Shown piece by piece: positions 15,501-23,492 of a stretch of 28,669 nt of DNA (position 1 is the stretch's first letter; the number at the start of each line of letters is the position of its first letter). The position numbers were made by a program, and so were the translations under genes. The notes beneath the pieces were generated by a model that was not told the DNA's origin, ran no database searches, and saw only the letters and a list, made by a program, of their open reading frames with translations. Source of the DNA: a virus (Duplodnaviria; Caudoviricetes). Location: the IMG/VR virus record IMGVR_UViG_3300046786_000085, positions 1-28,669 of that record. The stretch is one strand, 5' to 3'.

Positions 15501-18351
15501 TAGATGGGCCAGTAGTTTTAGCCGCAGCCATACCAGCCTGAATGTCGGCTTTCTCTTTTGCGGTAATGCTAGGGTGGTTAAGCGCCTCTTTAATCCTTGT
15601 GCTTACAGCCGTACCACGAAGGTTGGGAGACTGCTGCAGTTTGAACAGCTCTTTAATCAGCTCACGTTTTTCATCACGGCGCTTTTGCTGAGCTTCTTTA
15701 ACCTCGTCGTCATTAGCGTAGATGGACTCATCCATCGGCTGAGCCAGCTTAGTAAGCGCCTTGGTAATGCGTGTGACTGCATCGTCGGCACGCTTCTTCT
15801 CAGCCTGAATGGGCTTCTTACCCTCAAGCTTTTGCTTGCGCTCTTCCTCAGTTAGAACGGCAGGGCGACCACGTGGTTTACCTGTAGCTCTTGAGGGTCT
15901 TGGTTTCGCTTGTCCTTTTTGCGTTGCTTGCTGGGTTTGAGTGGTTTGAGTGCCAACTTCTGCTCCTGTGGTTGTGGGTTGAGCGGTTATATCTTCATTA
16001 AAACGACGTTTGTATTCCCAAGATGCAGCACTAGCAATGTCTTCTCGGTCGTTATTTTTTCCGTAGTTGTAAGACTCAATGAGCCCCTCTTTAGAAACAT
16101 AAAGAGGGTTTGTAATATTTGTGATTGCCTTAACAAGCGGATTGTCTACGCCTACTCTACCTTGGTCTTCTTCAGCTTTCCTAAGTGCGCCACCTTCTAT
16201 CGTCAATCTGCGGTATACAGACTGGCGTAGGGCGTTTTCAATTTCATCGGTTTCTTCTACTGCAGTGGGCTTGCTTTCTTCTCCACCAGCAGTGCTTGTA
16301 ACATCCGGTCTAGCAGGAACCAATCCACTTGTGTCAACTCCAGCAACTCCTCCGGTGGTGGGCTCTGCACTGGGCTGTCCAGCCACTCGAGCGCCTTTTC
16401 GACTTGTTTTACTGACAGGTTGTCCAGCATTTTTCTTCTCCTCCTTGGCCCGCTTAGCAGCAAGTTTGGCTTCCTTTTCCTGTTCCTTAAAGAGCGCATC
16501 AGCTTCAGCCTCTTCCCTAGCTTGTTGGAACGCCTTCAATATGGCGCGTTGTGGGTCTTCACCAGCAGTGATTAAGTCTTGGGCAATCTGAGACACACGG
16601 TCTGCCGGTACTTGTGTAGCCAAACGCTTGGCTTGCGCTGCGTCTTTTTGCTCGCGCTCAGTAACTTCAGCCTCGGCTAACTCACGCGCATCTTCCTCTG
16701 GGATACCGGTTGCCACAATCTCAGCCGCACGAGTATTAATCTCCTGTTCACGCTCTTCAGCGGTGGAAATCTTTGGTGCTTTGAACTCATCTAAGGGGGT
16801 AAAAGTAAGTTCTTTTTCCTCCCCGGGGCGCTCTTTGCCAACTTCGCCAAGGTCTTCTTGCTCTTGACGCTGCTGTCTTTGTTGTTTGGTTAAGAACCCT
16901 TTGGACTGCGCAAGTAGTTGAGATATGCCTTCGTAGCTCTCGTCTCTTTTGTAGCCGCCCTCACGTGGGCCTGTAAATGCTTCCAGTCTTTGGCGAGTCT
17001 CTGGGGACACCAGCGGGCTAACTGCCTCTGCTCCTAACTGTGCACCTTTTGTAGCTACAACCGTACCGCCAGCAGTTGCGCCAGCTTGGAGAATTGTTTG
17101 ACGCAGGGTCTCTTCAAGTTGCTTATATAAACCAACAAGACTTGGGTTCTTATTCGTGCCGATGCCGGGGAGAATATCAATGCCGTACTGAGTCAGCGTA
17201 GTTGCCATCTCAGGGGGAATCTCAGACACGATAGCCTTAGACATGTACTCGGGGATACCGCGCACACCGTTCTTAGCAATGTAGCCTTTCAGCCCAGCCA
17301 ACGCCTTAGTCATACCAAAGCGCTCAAAGATAACCTCGGCAGCAGCCATTGGTACTGCACGTGCTGTAGCAGCCTCACCAGACAAACCAGCGGCGCGACC
17401 TTCGCTATAAGAATCACCAAACTGCTGGATTGCAGCCTGCGCCAAAACTGGAGCCGCTGTACCTGTGAACGCACTCAGAGCAAGGAAAGGAGCTTGAGAT
17501 CCCAGACTTGTCATCGCACCTTGGGCAGAACGCTCAAAGATAGACTTGCCTTCAGGGATAGCTTTACCGCGAGCTTCTTCAACACGCCGAGCAGATATTA
17601 AGTCTCTGCTAAATTGGTCGTCGCCAGTCAGATCGGCGTAAGCGCTAAGTAAGCCAAGGCCAGCTTTTGTGTATTCTGAAGTAACACCAGCACCCACACG
17701 TCTCCAGAATCCTGCATCTTCCAACTCTGCTGCACGTTTAGCGGCTTCCTCTGAGGCGGCCTCACCAACAACATCGCGGTTCAGTTGCTGGAAGTCTGGC
17801 TTGATACGGCCTTGAAGAGCTTGCAATCTTGCTTGCCCCTGAGCAATCTCAGGGCGAAGACCTTGTTCTTCAAAGCGTTGGGTTTGGGTTTCTAAGCGGG
17901 GGTCAGTGTAGTACTGAAGCTTTTTGGATACGACTTTGTCGGCTTCTGCGTAACGCCCAGCAATAGCACGAGCAGCACGACCATATACATCACCACGTTG
18001 GGTAAGTTTTTCCAAAGCAGCTTGGCGTTGCTCTGGGGGTACGGCATCCAGTTGCGCTTTAACAGCGTCGACAAACTCAGGACGAACAACATACTTGTCC
18101 TCAGTTGCTAAGGGGGCGGGCATCTCCCTACCCTCTAGTACGCTTTTCTTTGGCTGGGGTGCAGCCATGATTTCTTCTGCACCAGTTCCCAAAGGAGAAC
18201 CAAAATCGTAATCGTCCGACGGCGCAGCTTTGGCCTTGGGTTTGGCTTTAGGCTCAGGTTTTTCCAACGGCGTGAAGGTTAACCCTTCTGCTCCGCCCCC
18301 CTCATCTGATCCTGCTTCGTTATTAACTTCAGAGAGGGGTACGAATTTCAT
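9526..18351 (-). CDS. Giant polyvalent (probably virion-ejected) protein, ~2941 aa: AT-hook, zincin, GHKL ATPase, second HExxH peptidase, PLxRFG-type C-terminal region
   Basis: Start moved to ATG 18351 (ATGA overlap with upstream stop). KPRGRP; HELLH...EFVAYG; ELFQNSFDA/DNGPGM/GGLGVAK/GHGT; HELAH-x4-NHG; YFPLVREGDY...RKGVTGF...NRP...LAGAAGLP. Confidence 0.9.
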   Translation of the reverse strand: MKFVPLSEVNNEAGSDEGGGAEGLTFTPLEKPEPKAKPKAKAAPSDDYDFGSPLGTGAEEIMAAPQPKKSVLEGREMPAPLATEDKYVVRPEFVDAVKAQLDAVPPEQRQAALEKLTQRGDVYGRAARAIAGRYAEADKVVSKKLQYYTDPRLETQTQRFEEQGLRPEIAQGQARLQALQGRIKPDFQQLNRDVVGEAASEEAAKRAAELEDAGFWRRVGAGVTSEYTKAGLGLLSAYADLTGDDQFSRDLISARRVEEARGKAIPEGKSIFERSAQGAMTSLGSQAPFLALSAFTGTAAPVLAQAAIQQFGDSYSEGRAAGLSGEAATARAVPMAAAEVIFERFGMTKALAGLKGYIAKNGVRGIPEYMSKAIVSEIPPEMATTLTQYGIDILPGIGTNKNPSLVGLYKQLEETLRQTILQAGATAGGTVVATKGAQLGAEAVSPLVSPETRQRLEAFTGPREGGYKRDESYEGISQLLAQSKGFLTKQQRQQRQEQEDLGEVGKERPGEEKELTFTPLDEFKAPKISTAEEREQEINTRAAEIVATGIPEEDARELAEAEVTEREQKDAAQAKRLATQVPADRVSQIAQDLITAGEDPQRAILKAFQQAREEAEADALFKEQEKEAKLAAKRAKEEKKNAGQPVSKTSRKGARVAGQPSAEPTTGGVAGVDTSGLVPARPDVTSTAGGEESKPTAVEETDEIENALRQSVYRRLTIEGGALRKAEEDQGRVGVDNPLVKAITNITNPLYVSKEGLIESYNYGKNNDREDIASAASWEYKRRFNEDITAQPTTTGAEVGTQTTQTQQATQKGQAKPRPSRATGKPRGRPAVLTEEERKQKLEGKKPIQAEKKRADDAVTRITKALTKLAQPMDESIYANDDEVKEAQQKRRDEKRELIKELFKLQQSPNLRGTAVSTRIKEALNHPSITAKEKADIQAGMAAAKTTGPSSAVTIAKGAADNTFKKFTTGAQALSHIIKTGNLFQKKLGRRLRGFVNGVKFVVIEKGDELPEQLKKTRNAQQWDRSIALYIENYRTGDKVIYVRGASFGVDQGVNNTTIMHELLHAATNRKLALAYAMIQKGINTNSAVVRAAQDLIRTMNSAGTLFNELSANGTLTKEMSVLASHGEIFDDPREFVAYGMTDPAMQEFLLRAHGYEEDTPFFNRFVNSIRDLFGMSDDDTNAMTDLIIVTDKLLSSRTPAWAKLSGEVASSSIFGMGKKGDQEIKAKPSANVQRLAKMLGNKLYGTPDDIAKVSIKELFQNSFDAIKEALEKGQLKKGKIDVSVNSSKRTISVVDNGPGMPTSVMGNQFLQIAGTVKGTTRASGGLGVAKMLFLFENKQLEVVSLRDGVVSRMVTTGDDLKAALDDPDRGPTITTSTDPDTVSEYEQKYFPDGHGTAVIVQIPEKYTDESTGQEKDITFSDWYLERAPVLTESPLFDDIDVTFNDGYRTKTLPLGANFPIDEYTSFANVRFAWGVARIYVSKELKEQEHWPRKNAHVLSNGLWQFDISIKDRPGFDGKEIKRNFFIDVSPDPHVKPEDAGYPFELNRQGFSKVAQEDFNKITNYITAIYSQLDLAAGIRNFGDVQYVNPDGTLSAKEVLEPKAPLTDTAFTLIKPGDKVEVKDGVLYVNNRQVPELTNDDLKNVSIRIDELTIPQNELDPNRVMIHDNTVIGIPNDADKLRAFLTGLGWQVTINANNDYVAYKSNGEEYSGEWMDDLIKKMQAAGALPADISLSEAARAEFGTAYDKYLAGVGQTFMYLRNALIAAGRGEYGDLATQVVGTSIDNEYYGVNVMLPFKGMFINPSVTKLSDTPQEIALSMIGTMIHELAHFKVRNHGAEFPAEMQKIMVLLEVFPGFDMRQVQKALTDHIAANIDIFKFLEKEFKSGNLKPRGNRFKDASAEEISDEGTPKPVGSLSETGEGRSSLSAITGEGTADTGEVVDDSGDDNETEAVRGSIRSQKEVDKKVAEVSEQFKESVKGDKFAKGVSLLQMAQNPREVIPALRALWNRASIHQRNALVRLPTTDFLVQWAANAVPELVHTNVLLQKMNGMTLQFLKASGELVDSIDRAFRADKTLRAKLDRIAFESTLAEIDPSDPSADERSESLDKQYADLGVEGQRLFVQIKQHFERLSAYFTKLLDDQITKSNMSIAQQANLMKKIRSIYEQGGKISPYFPLVREGDYWLAIGKGKTRKFFMFESMAERDNAMQAFADERIKQKPGESWDTYQKRRAANLEELLTDKEFVFDNDISSLRRISSDSSILLREIFDVIDSSNLGDADSKDKLKDAVYQVYLQAMPDQSFRKQFIHRKGVTGFRPDLLRNVAHTTTKMATQLARIKYAPMLRASLSGARDSIENRPRYTPFVAEMERRVTDELAYTKDTTGEKIAGALNKASFIWYLGGASSALLQPLSLFQTGMPVLWKYGSVGATREMGRMIKMWGQFGMYKQNPDGSMSWVAPSVEYAKGMTPDERRAIRDMLSRDVTTSTYASSIFDYKATPTDKRSGPIMSFGKDTVDVLVLGGLMHSTERISREMMFLSSYRLNREMMAKGSMTPAEAHNAAVDQAVIDTNEALGNYGQYNRPLFMKNAVGKVLTQFMMYPVHVTLYLLRNFMEMVKPMHGKTREEAIKKFFGTLGTTFVLAGAAGLPMFSTVMGLIGAAWEHMRGDKDWPKELRNLSFELWFRTVWLEEQLGGTRIGGKKLSEIVERGLANAMTGLDISGRTSLNNLWFRDTKEPKTVREGAMALALEKAGPSANMFLSWAEAYEAFMQGDYDKGVNRALPAGFRNFKTSYDLWKEGAKDNKGTKILSKDAFSTGQLLFQAVGFRSDQLANTQYVTFKVIGLEQKIVNERTQLLNRLDREFREKNFKGFSETLSKRVNKFNREFPSYALESDDITGSIEKRAEQRAESYRGVTLTEKNVPMFIKALRPSREAAREAEEKGRNK

Positions 18352-19928
18352 TTGGCGTATCCGATTAATTTTCCTGATGAATCCAGAATTTCCCAACCCT
18401 TGGCGGATTTACTACCAATTGTTGATCCTGCTGGCGCTCCCTTAATGGTACTGATATCTGGAGCATTTGTCGAATTTTTGTTTACCCCACCACCCGAGGG
18501 TTTACCCTGAGTTTGTCGGCGGGCAAGGATACGGTTACGTAGTGCTGTTTCAGCGGCATCTTTCTCCGCTGGTGTAGTGGCATTCTGCCAATCTGGGTCA
18601 AAGATTCGATCTTTAGCAACTTGTTTATCAAGCTCAGTATCAGCCTTGCTAGTGATCTTTGCTTCCTCAGTCTCAGCTTTTTCAGGATTCCACTGAGCTG
18701 TTTTAGCCAAACTCAATGTTTGCTCAAGCGCTTTCACACGGCGTTGCAGTGCTGCGTTTTCTGGATCTTCTGCCAATGCAATACGAGCGGCAGCAAGTTG
18801 TTTGTCCACCGCAGGAATAGCCGCATTTCCAGAAGCACCACGCGCAGATGCTTTATTGACTCTGCCCATGTCAGTAGCCAACTTACCGAGTGCCTTGTCT
18901 CTTTCAAGCTCCGCCTTGTTGTAGTCAGCTCTGGACTTGCGTGCCAGCTCGACAGAAGCTTGGGCCGCACGGGAGTTACCCATACGTTCTTTACGTTCTG
19001 AGTCGGCAATATGGTATTCCATCTGAGCCATAGAGCGCTTGGCGGCTTGGTCAGCACGCTGTGCCGCACCGTAAGATTGGGCAAGTTTAGCCCCGCCTTT
19101 TGCCAGACCACGTATAGCGTTATTGCCTTCCAACACTGCGGAAGCTGCCTCTAACAAACCTACACCTTTGTCGTACTCCAGATTGCCAGTACGCTCTTTA
19201 GCTTGCTCGGCTAAGTCTGCTCGCATAGCTGCAAATGGGCTTGGCCCCGCAGCTTTAGTAATTCGCTCGTATGCCTTGCCGTAGGCTTTCTCTTCTTCCT
19301 CGGGAGTCATGTCCCTTAGATTGCGGCTTGCAATACGACGAGCAGTAGCCAAAGATAGTTTGTTTGCCGCAGCCAGTCCAGCAGGGCTACCTTCACCACC
19401 TTCTAACTCATCAATAATCGATAAGTAGTCATCCTGCTCACCATCGCCTTCGCCTTCGGAATAACTTGGACTTGCACTGACTGCTGGAGTAGCCATTTCG
19501 TCAGTAAGTCTAGGATCAACATAACCCCTGTCTTGGAACGCAACGATACCGCCTTCGGCGTAGTCATGCTCAGGAGTCGGCAAACCAGCCAAACCACCCG
19601 ATGCTTGCATAACAGGAGCTTGAGGGGCTTGAGGGGCTTGAGCCATTTGGGGTGGCATACCTTGAGGAGCCTGACCCATTGCACCGGGCACCATAGCACC
19701 GAGGCCTCTTTGGGGGGCCATTGTTTCAGCAACGATAGAGGGGGAAGAAGTAGGCTGTTGTGCCCTCCCCGCCATAGCCATCATGCTAGATTCTTTTAAC
19801 AAACGCAGTGCGTTTAGCGCCGTGTATGGGTCTAACTTCGGATCAGGACTTTGCCCCATCACCGCAGCTTGTAGGGCTTGTGGATTTTGCTTGAACCGCT
19901 CGGCGTAGACAGATGCCATGTCGATCAT
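18348..19928 (-). CDS. Putative internal virion/ejection protein (526 aa)
   Basis: Ala/Gln-rich helical protein with YAEGGIVAF; TAAGGA RBS; position before the giant gene. Confidence 0.7.
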   Translation of the reverse strand: MIDMASVYAERFKQNPQALQAAVMGQSPDPKLDPYTALNALRLLKESSMMAMAGRAQQPTSSPSIVAETMAPQRGLGAMVPGAMGQAPQGMPPQMAQAPQAPQAPVMQASGGLAGLPTPEHDYAEGGIVAFQDRGYVDPRLTDEMATPAVSASPSYSEGEGDGEQDDYLSIIDELEGGEGSPAGLAAANKLSLATARRIASRNLRDMTPEEEEKAYGKAYERITKAAGPSPFAAMRADLAEQAKERTGNLEYDKGVGLLEAASAVLEGNNAIRGLAKGGAKLAQSYGAAQRADQAAKRSMAQMEYHIADSERKERMGNSRAAQASVELARKSRADYNKAELERDKALGKLATDMGRVNKASARGASGNAAIPAVDKQLAAARIALAEDPENAALQRRVKALEQTLSLAKTAQWNPEKAETEEAKITSKADTELDKQVAKDRIFDPDWQNATTPAEKDAAETALRNRILARRQTQGKPSGGGVNKNSTNAPDISTIKGAPAGSTIGSKSAKGWEILDSSGKLIGYAK

Positions 19929-19937
19929 GATTATTCC

Positions 19938-20963
19938 TTAGACCAAATTGTTCAAAGCAAGTGCGCCAATACCACCAGAACGAGCCACGCCACCGTCAGC
20001 CATGAGCTTGCTGATACCAGCCGCGCCAAGACCCAACGAAGCAATAGTCTGTGCTGTAGAAGGAGGAGCTTGGTAGATAGACGAGCCAGTCTGTGTCAGC
20101 GGTACACCACGAATGATGTCTGACATAAACGACAGATTCTTGTATGGATAGTTCTGCGCATTCAGATAGTCTTGGTACTTGACGTCAAGGTCTTTCTGCA
20201 TCTGCGCTTGTTGCTGCAAGCCGTATTGGTTTTGCAGCGCATTGATACCCATGTTCTGCTGATACTGTTGCTGGCCTAACTGACCCAGACCTTGAGCGCC
20301 AGACAGAGCAGTTTGTAAACCTTGCAAGCCTAAACCCGCGCCAAACTGTTGCTGTTGTGCGTTGAGTTGCTGAGCCGCTTGGTTCTGAGCCTGTGATTGG
20401 TTGAACTGTTGTTGCGCGTTTTGATATGCGGCTTGCAGTCCTTGGGCAGTAATGTCACCCTTTTGACGAGCTAAGTTAGCTGCTGCTTGCGCACGCATAA
20501 GATAATCACCGCTGCCACCAAAAGCACCGGATTTAGCAGCCTGAGCGCCCTGAGCCTGTTGAGCAATTGCAGCTTGACGAGTTGCATCTTGTTGTTGGCG
20601 TTGAACCACGTTCTCCATATAAGGAGACATGTACGCTTGTACGTTATTGCCCGTAAACTGCTGAGCTTGGTACGGGTTAAATGTGTACTGAGTATTAAGT
20701 GCGCCCAAACCAGCCAAGCCAGCCAAAGCAGTTGCGTCTTGCAACTGAGGCTGAGACTGCATCAAAGCAGCGTTTTCGTATGATTGTTGTTGCAAAGGGG
20801 AGAACTGCGCAGTACGTTCACCCTGATACTGCATGTATGGGTTGTAATTTACATCCGTAAGCGCTTGCGCTTGACCCAGTAAGTCTTGTGCGTAGGGCGC
20901 AACTTCCGGCGCAAAGCCGTAGTTCGTTTGCGTAATTTGTGTTGGGGTTGAGCTATCAGCCAT
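19938..20963 (-). CDS. Putative DNA ejection/pilot protein (341 aa)
   Basis: Gln/Ala/Gly-rich, YMSPY...GAFGGS motif, C-terminal hydrophobic LGLGAAG; TAAGGA RBS. Confidence 0.75.
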   Translation of the reverse strand: MADSSTPTQITQTNYGFAPEVAPYAQDLLGQAQALTDVNYNPYMQYQGERTAQFSPLQQQSYENAALMQSQPQLQDATALAGLAGLGALNTQYTFNPYQAQQFTGNNVQAYMSPYMENVVQRQQQDATRQAAIAQQAQGAQAAKSGAFGGSGDYLMRAQAAANLARQKGDITAQGLQAAYQNAQQQFNQSQAQNQAAQQLNAQQQQFGAGLGLQGLQTALSGAQGLGQLGQQQYQQNMGINALQNQYGLQQQAQMQKDLDVKYQDYLNAQNYPYKNLSFMSDIIRGVPLTQTGSSIYQAPPSTAQTIASLGLGAAGISKLMADGGVARSGGIGALALNNLV

Positions 20964-20972
20964 GTCTATTCC

Positions 20973-23435
20973 TTATACGGGAAGATGTTTGTCAGCGCGG
21001 CTGTTCTTAGCCACTTTACCTTTGCCGACAGTGCCTCGGCGAGCTGCTTGGACTCTGTCCATCATTGCATATAACTTACGCGCACCAGCTTCAGTTGAAC
21101 CGTTACCCAACTCAGATACGATACGTGCAGGTACTACGAATTCACCGTCGGCCAAACGTGCGGGGCGCTTGTTACCAATAGATGCAGGGATGGAATCAGA
21201 CACGCCATCACCGGGGCCACGAAGCAGTCGGCCACCATCAGAGTAGTCACCAAGGTTGTAGCTAGCAGAGCCACCAGCAGCCATAGCCATCAAGCCACCA
21301 CCTGCTGCAACTTGCGCTCCTTTTTCGTCAAACTTAGCGCCACTGGATGTGTAATAAAAACCATCATCGCGCATGTAGGCTTGTTCTGTATTGCCTTGAG
21401 CATCAATCACGTTGATTGACTTGCCCGACGCCGCATTTGAAGCCGCAGTTTCTTTAGCCGCAGCAGCCTTTTCACCAGCCAACACGTATGGTGGCTTCAC
21501 GTAATCAGGGTTCAGTACATATTTGGAGCCATCGTAGATGTACTTCTTTGTAGTCTTATTAACTGGGAAGCGACCGACTGACTCCCAATACGGCTTTTGA
21601 ATTTCGCCAGTGGGTGTGTAAGGCACAGGAGAGTAAGGCGTCTTACCCATCAAGTAGTCATAAGACTGCTTTGAACCGCCAGTCAGTCTGTTGTACTTGG
21701 CATTAAACTCTTCAATAGTTTTTGGTGTGTAAGGGACGTAGCCCAATCTTCCACCACCAGCAGTGTAAGCATTACGCACTTCTTCCATACCCGAGAAACC
21801 GCCATAAGGACGACCGGGGATGTTAGGCACAATCGTACGAGTGCCGTCTGGGTTGGTAATGATGTCACCGGGTGTAGAAGTTAGAGGGTTGCCAGTATCT
21901 CTGCCATAGTTAGCAAACGCGCCATTGTCATAAACAACTGCTCCGGGCATCTGTGTTCCGCCGGGGACTACGCTTGTAAATGGATCGGGCAAGACTACTT
22001 TATCAACAACCTTTTTATCCACTACCTTAGTATCTGGGAACAGCTCAGCCAAGGTCTTACCAGTGGCGCGCATGATGTCGGCTGCATTAAGGCCGTACTT
22101 GTTCATCTCTGTAAGCGCTTGTTCTCGTGCTTGTTGCCCAGTCAACGTACCGGCACCGATTTGGTTTTGTAGACCACCAGCGATGTAGTTAATGTTGCTG
22201 CTTAAGCCTTCCAAACCACCGCCTGTTTCTGCGACGTTTGCAGTTGGGCCAATATCTTGGTGTGTAAGAGCGTATTGAGAAGCCGCAGACAAACCGGAAC
22301 CCTGCAGCGCATTTGCCAGTGCTTGGTTCTGAAGGCCGACGTCTTTAGTAGCGGCCATAAACTCAGAAGTATCTACATCTGGTTTAGCAATAGCTTGAAC
22401 AAAGCGTGTGTTGTACTCAGGCAACTTATCCATAGTGCCTGTAACTTGAGCTATTCTTTCTGGACTCACATCAAATTTCTGCATATCCGCAGCGATTTGA
22501 GCATCTGTAAGTCCGGGGGTTTTAAAATAGTTAAAGATTTCAGTGTCGGTCGGCACATAACCACCCGGTGCGTAGCTAGCAATACCGCCGCTAGCCATAC
22601 GAACAACAGGCTCACTCTTCTGAGCAAAGTCAAACATGCCGGGGCTGTAACCACCTCCAGCCATACCCATCAAACCACCTTCTGCTGCTTTAGCAGGCGC
22701 AGCTTCGTAAGGAGTTCCAGCAGTGTATGTACCACCGTATGGGTCGAAAGCGTATGGGCGAATCATGCCGGGTTTTGTCACAGTCTGTGGGCCTTTTGCC
22801 TGTACGTTTGCACCGGCAAGAATAGCTGGGCCCGCAGCCAGCATTAGTGGGTTAGACATAGATTTTGCAAAACCCATTGGGTTTGCTTTAGCAGCGTCAA
22901 AACCGGTAGATAATTTCTCGTAGGGAGTAGCCGCAGCCATCTTGTCTACAACCTGTTGTTGCAATGCATTATTAGCAGCGGCAGCAGATTCACCCGCTCC
23001 TGCGTTCATAATTTGATTGGCTACATCTGGGTTCATGGCTAGCCCTTTAGCTGCTTCCTCAGCGCCAATAGTAGAAGCCCCCGCTTCTGTAAGACCAGCA
23101 CTCAAACCAGCGCCACCATAGGCACCAAGACCTGCGCTAATACCACGACCTAAATCACCAGTACGAGCAGTTTCAACTGCGCCAATACCTAAGCCGACTT
23201 GCCAAGCAGGGAGACCAGTAGCAGCAGTAACAGCGAATCCAAGAATAGCTGGAAGCAACTTACCTAAAGAAAGAGCTTCGGGTAAACCCGTATCAGGGTT
23301 AATAGTCAAAGAGCCGCCATGAGCCATGGCTAAAGCTTGGAGCCCCTGCACTTCACGTGGGGACATGTGTATAAGCATAGAATCGCCGCCGCGACCCTTT
23401 GATGCCATGTGGTCAGCTAGTACTGCAAGGCTCAT
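20973..23435 (-). CDS. Putative internal virion protein (820 aa)
   Basis: N-terminal GRGGDSMLIH...TINPDTGLPEA, glycine-zipper-like hydrophobic segment, C-terminal GPGDGVSDSIPA...LADGEFVVPA. Confidence 0.75.
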   Translation of the reverse strand: MSLAVLADHMASKGRGGDSMLIHMSPREVQGLQALAMAHGGSLTINPDTGLPEALSLGKLLPAILGFAVTAATGLPAWQVGLGIGAVETARTGDLGRGISAGLGAYGGAGLSAGLTEAGASTIGAEEAAKGLAMNPDVANQIMNAGAGESAAAANNALQQQVVDKMAAATPYEKLSTGFDAAKANPMGFAKSMSNPLMLAAGPAILAGANVQAKGPQTVTKPGMIRPYAFDPYGGTYTAGTPYEAAPAKAAEGGLMGMAGGGYSPGMFDFAQKSEPVVRMASGGIASYAPGGYVPTDTEIFNYFKTPGLTDAQIAADMQKFDVSPERIAQVTGTMDKLPEYNTRFVQAIAKPDVDTSEFMAATKDVGLQNQALANALQGSGLSAASQYALTHQDIGPTANVAETGGGLEGLSSNINYIAGGLQNQIGAGTLTGQQAREQALTEMNKYGLNAADIMRATGKTLAELFPDTKVVDKKVVDKVVLPDPFTSVVPGGTQMPGAVVYDNGAFANYGRDTGNPLTSTPGDIITNPDGTRTIVPNIPGRPYGGFSGMEEVRNAYTAGGGRLGYVPYTPKTIEEFNAKYNRLTGGSKQSYDYLMGKTPYSPVPYTPTGEIQKPYWESVGRFPVNKTTKKYIYDGSKYVLNPDYVKPPYVLAGEKAAAAKETAASNAASGKSINVIDAQGNTEQAYMRDDGFYYTSSGAKFDEKGAQVAAGGGLMAMAAGGSASYNLGDYSDGGRLLRGPGDGVSDSIPASIGNKRPARLADGEFVVPARIVSELGNGSTEAGARKLYAMMDRVQAARRGTVGKGKVAKNSRADKHLPV

Positions 23436-23463
23436 ATTTGCCTCTCAAAATGGGGGTTGATTA

Positions 23464-23492
23464 AGTTTATCATGCTGGGAGCGCAGACACAA
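23464..23492 (-). promoter_or_regulatory. Possible internal promoter upstream of the ejection-protein genes
   Basis: TTGTGT, 17 nt, TAAACT with extended -10 TGn; at the only >30-nt gap of this arm. Confidence 0.35.

Noticed and set aside
15112-15855. Long antisense or alternate-frame ORFs (e.g. 15112-15855, 5763-6419, 10055-10576, 22257-22847, 27961-28467)
   Set aside because: They shadow well-supported genes and lack recognisable motifs
18352-18396. ORF-track upstream starts for the giant gene, endolysin (26906) and the 27894 ORF (28331)
   Set aside because: They overlap upstream genes; downstream ATGs have ATGA coupling or a clear RBS
19615-19645. Short tandem repeats (QAPQAPQAP; also KVVDKKVVDK ~22000-22030 and WGAGAWGAG ~25790-25825)
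   Set aside because: Ordinary low-complexity coding repeats
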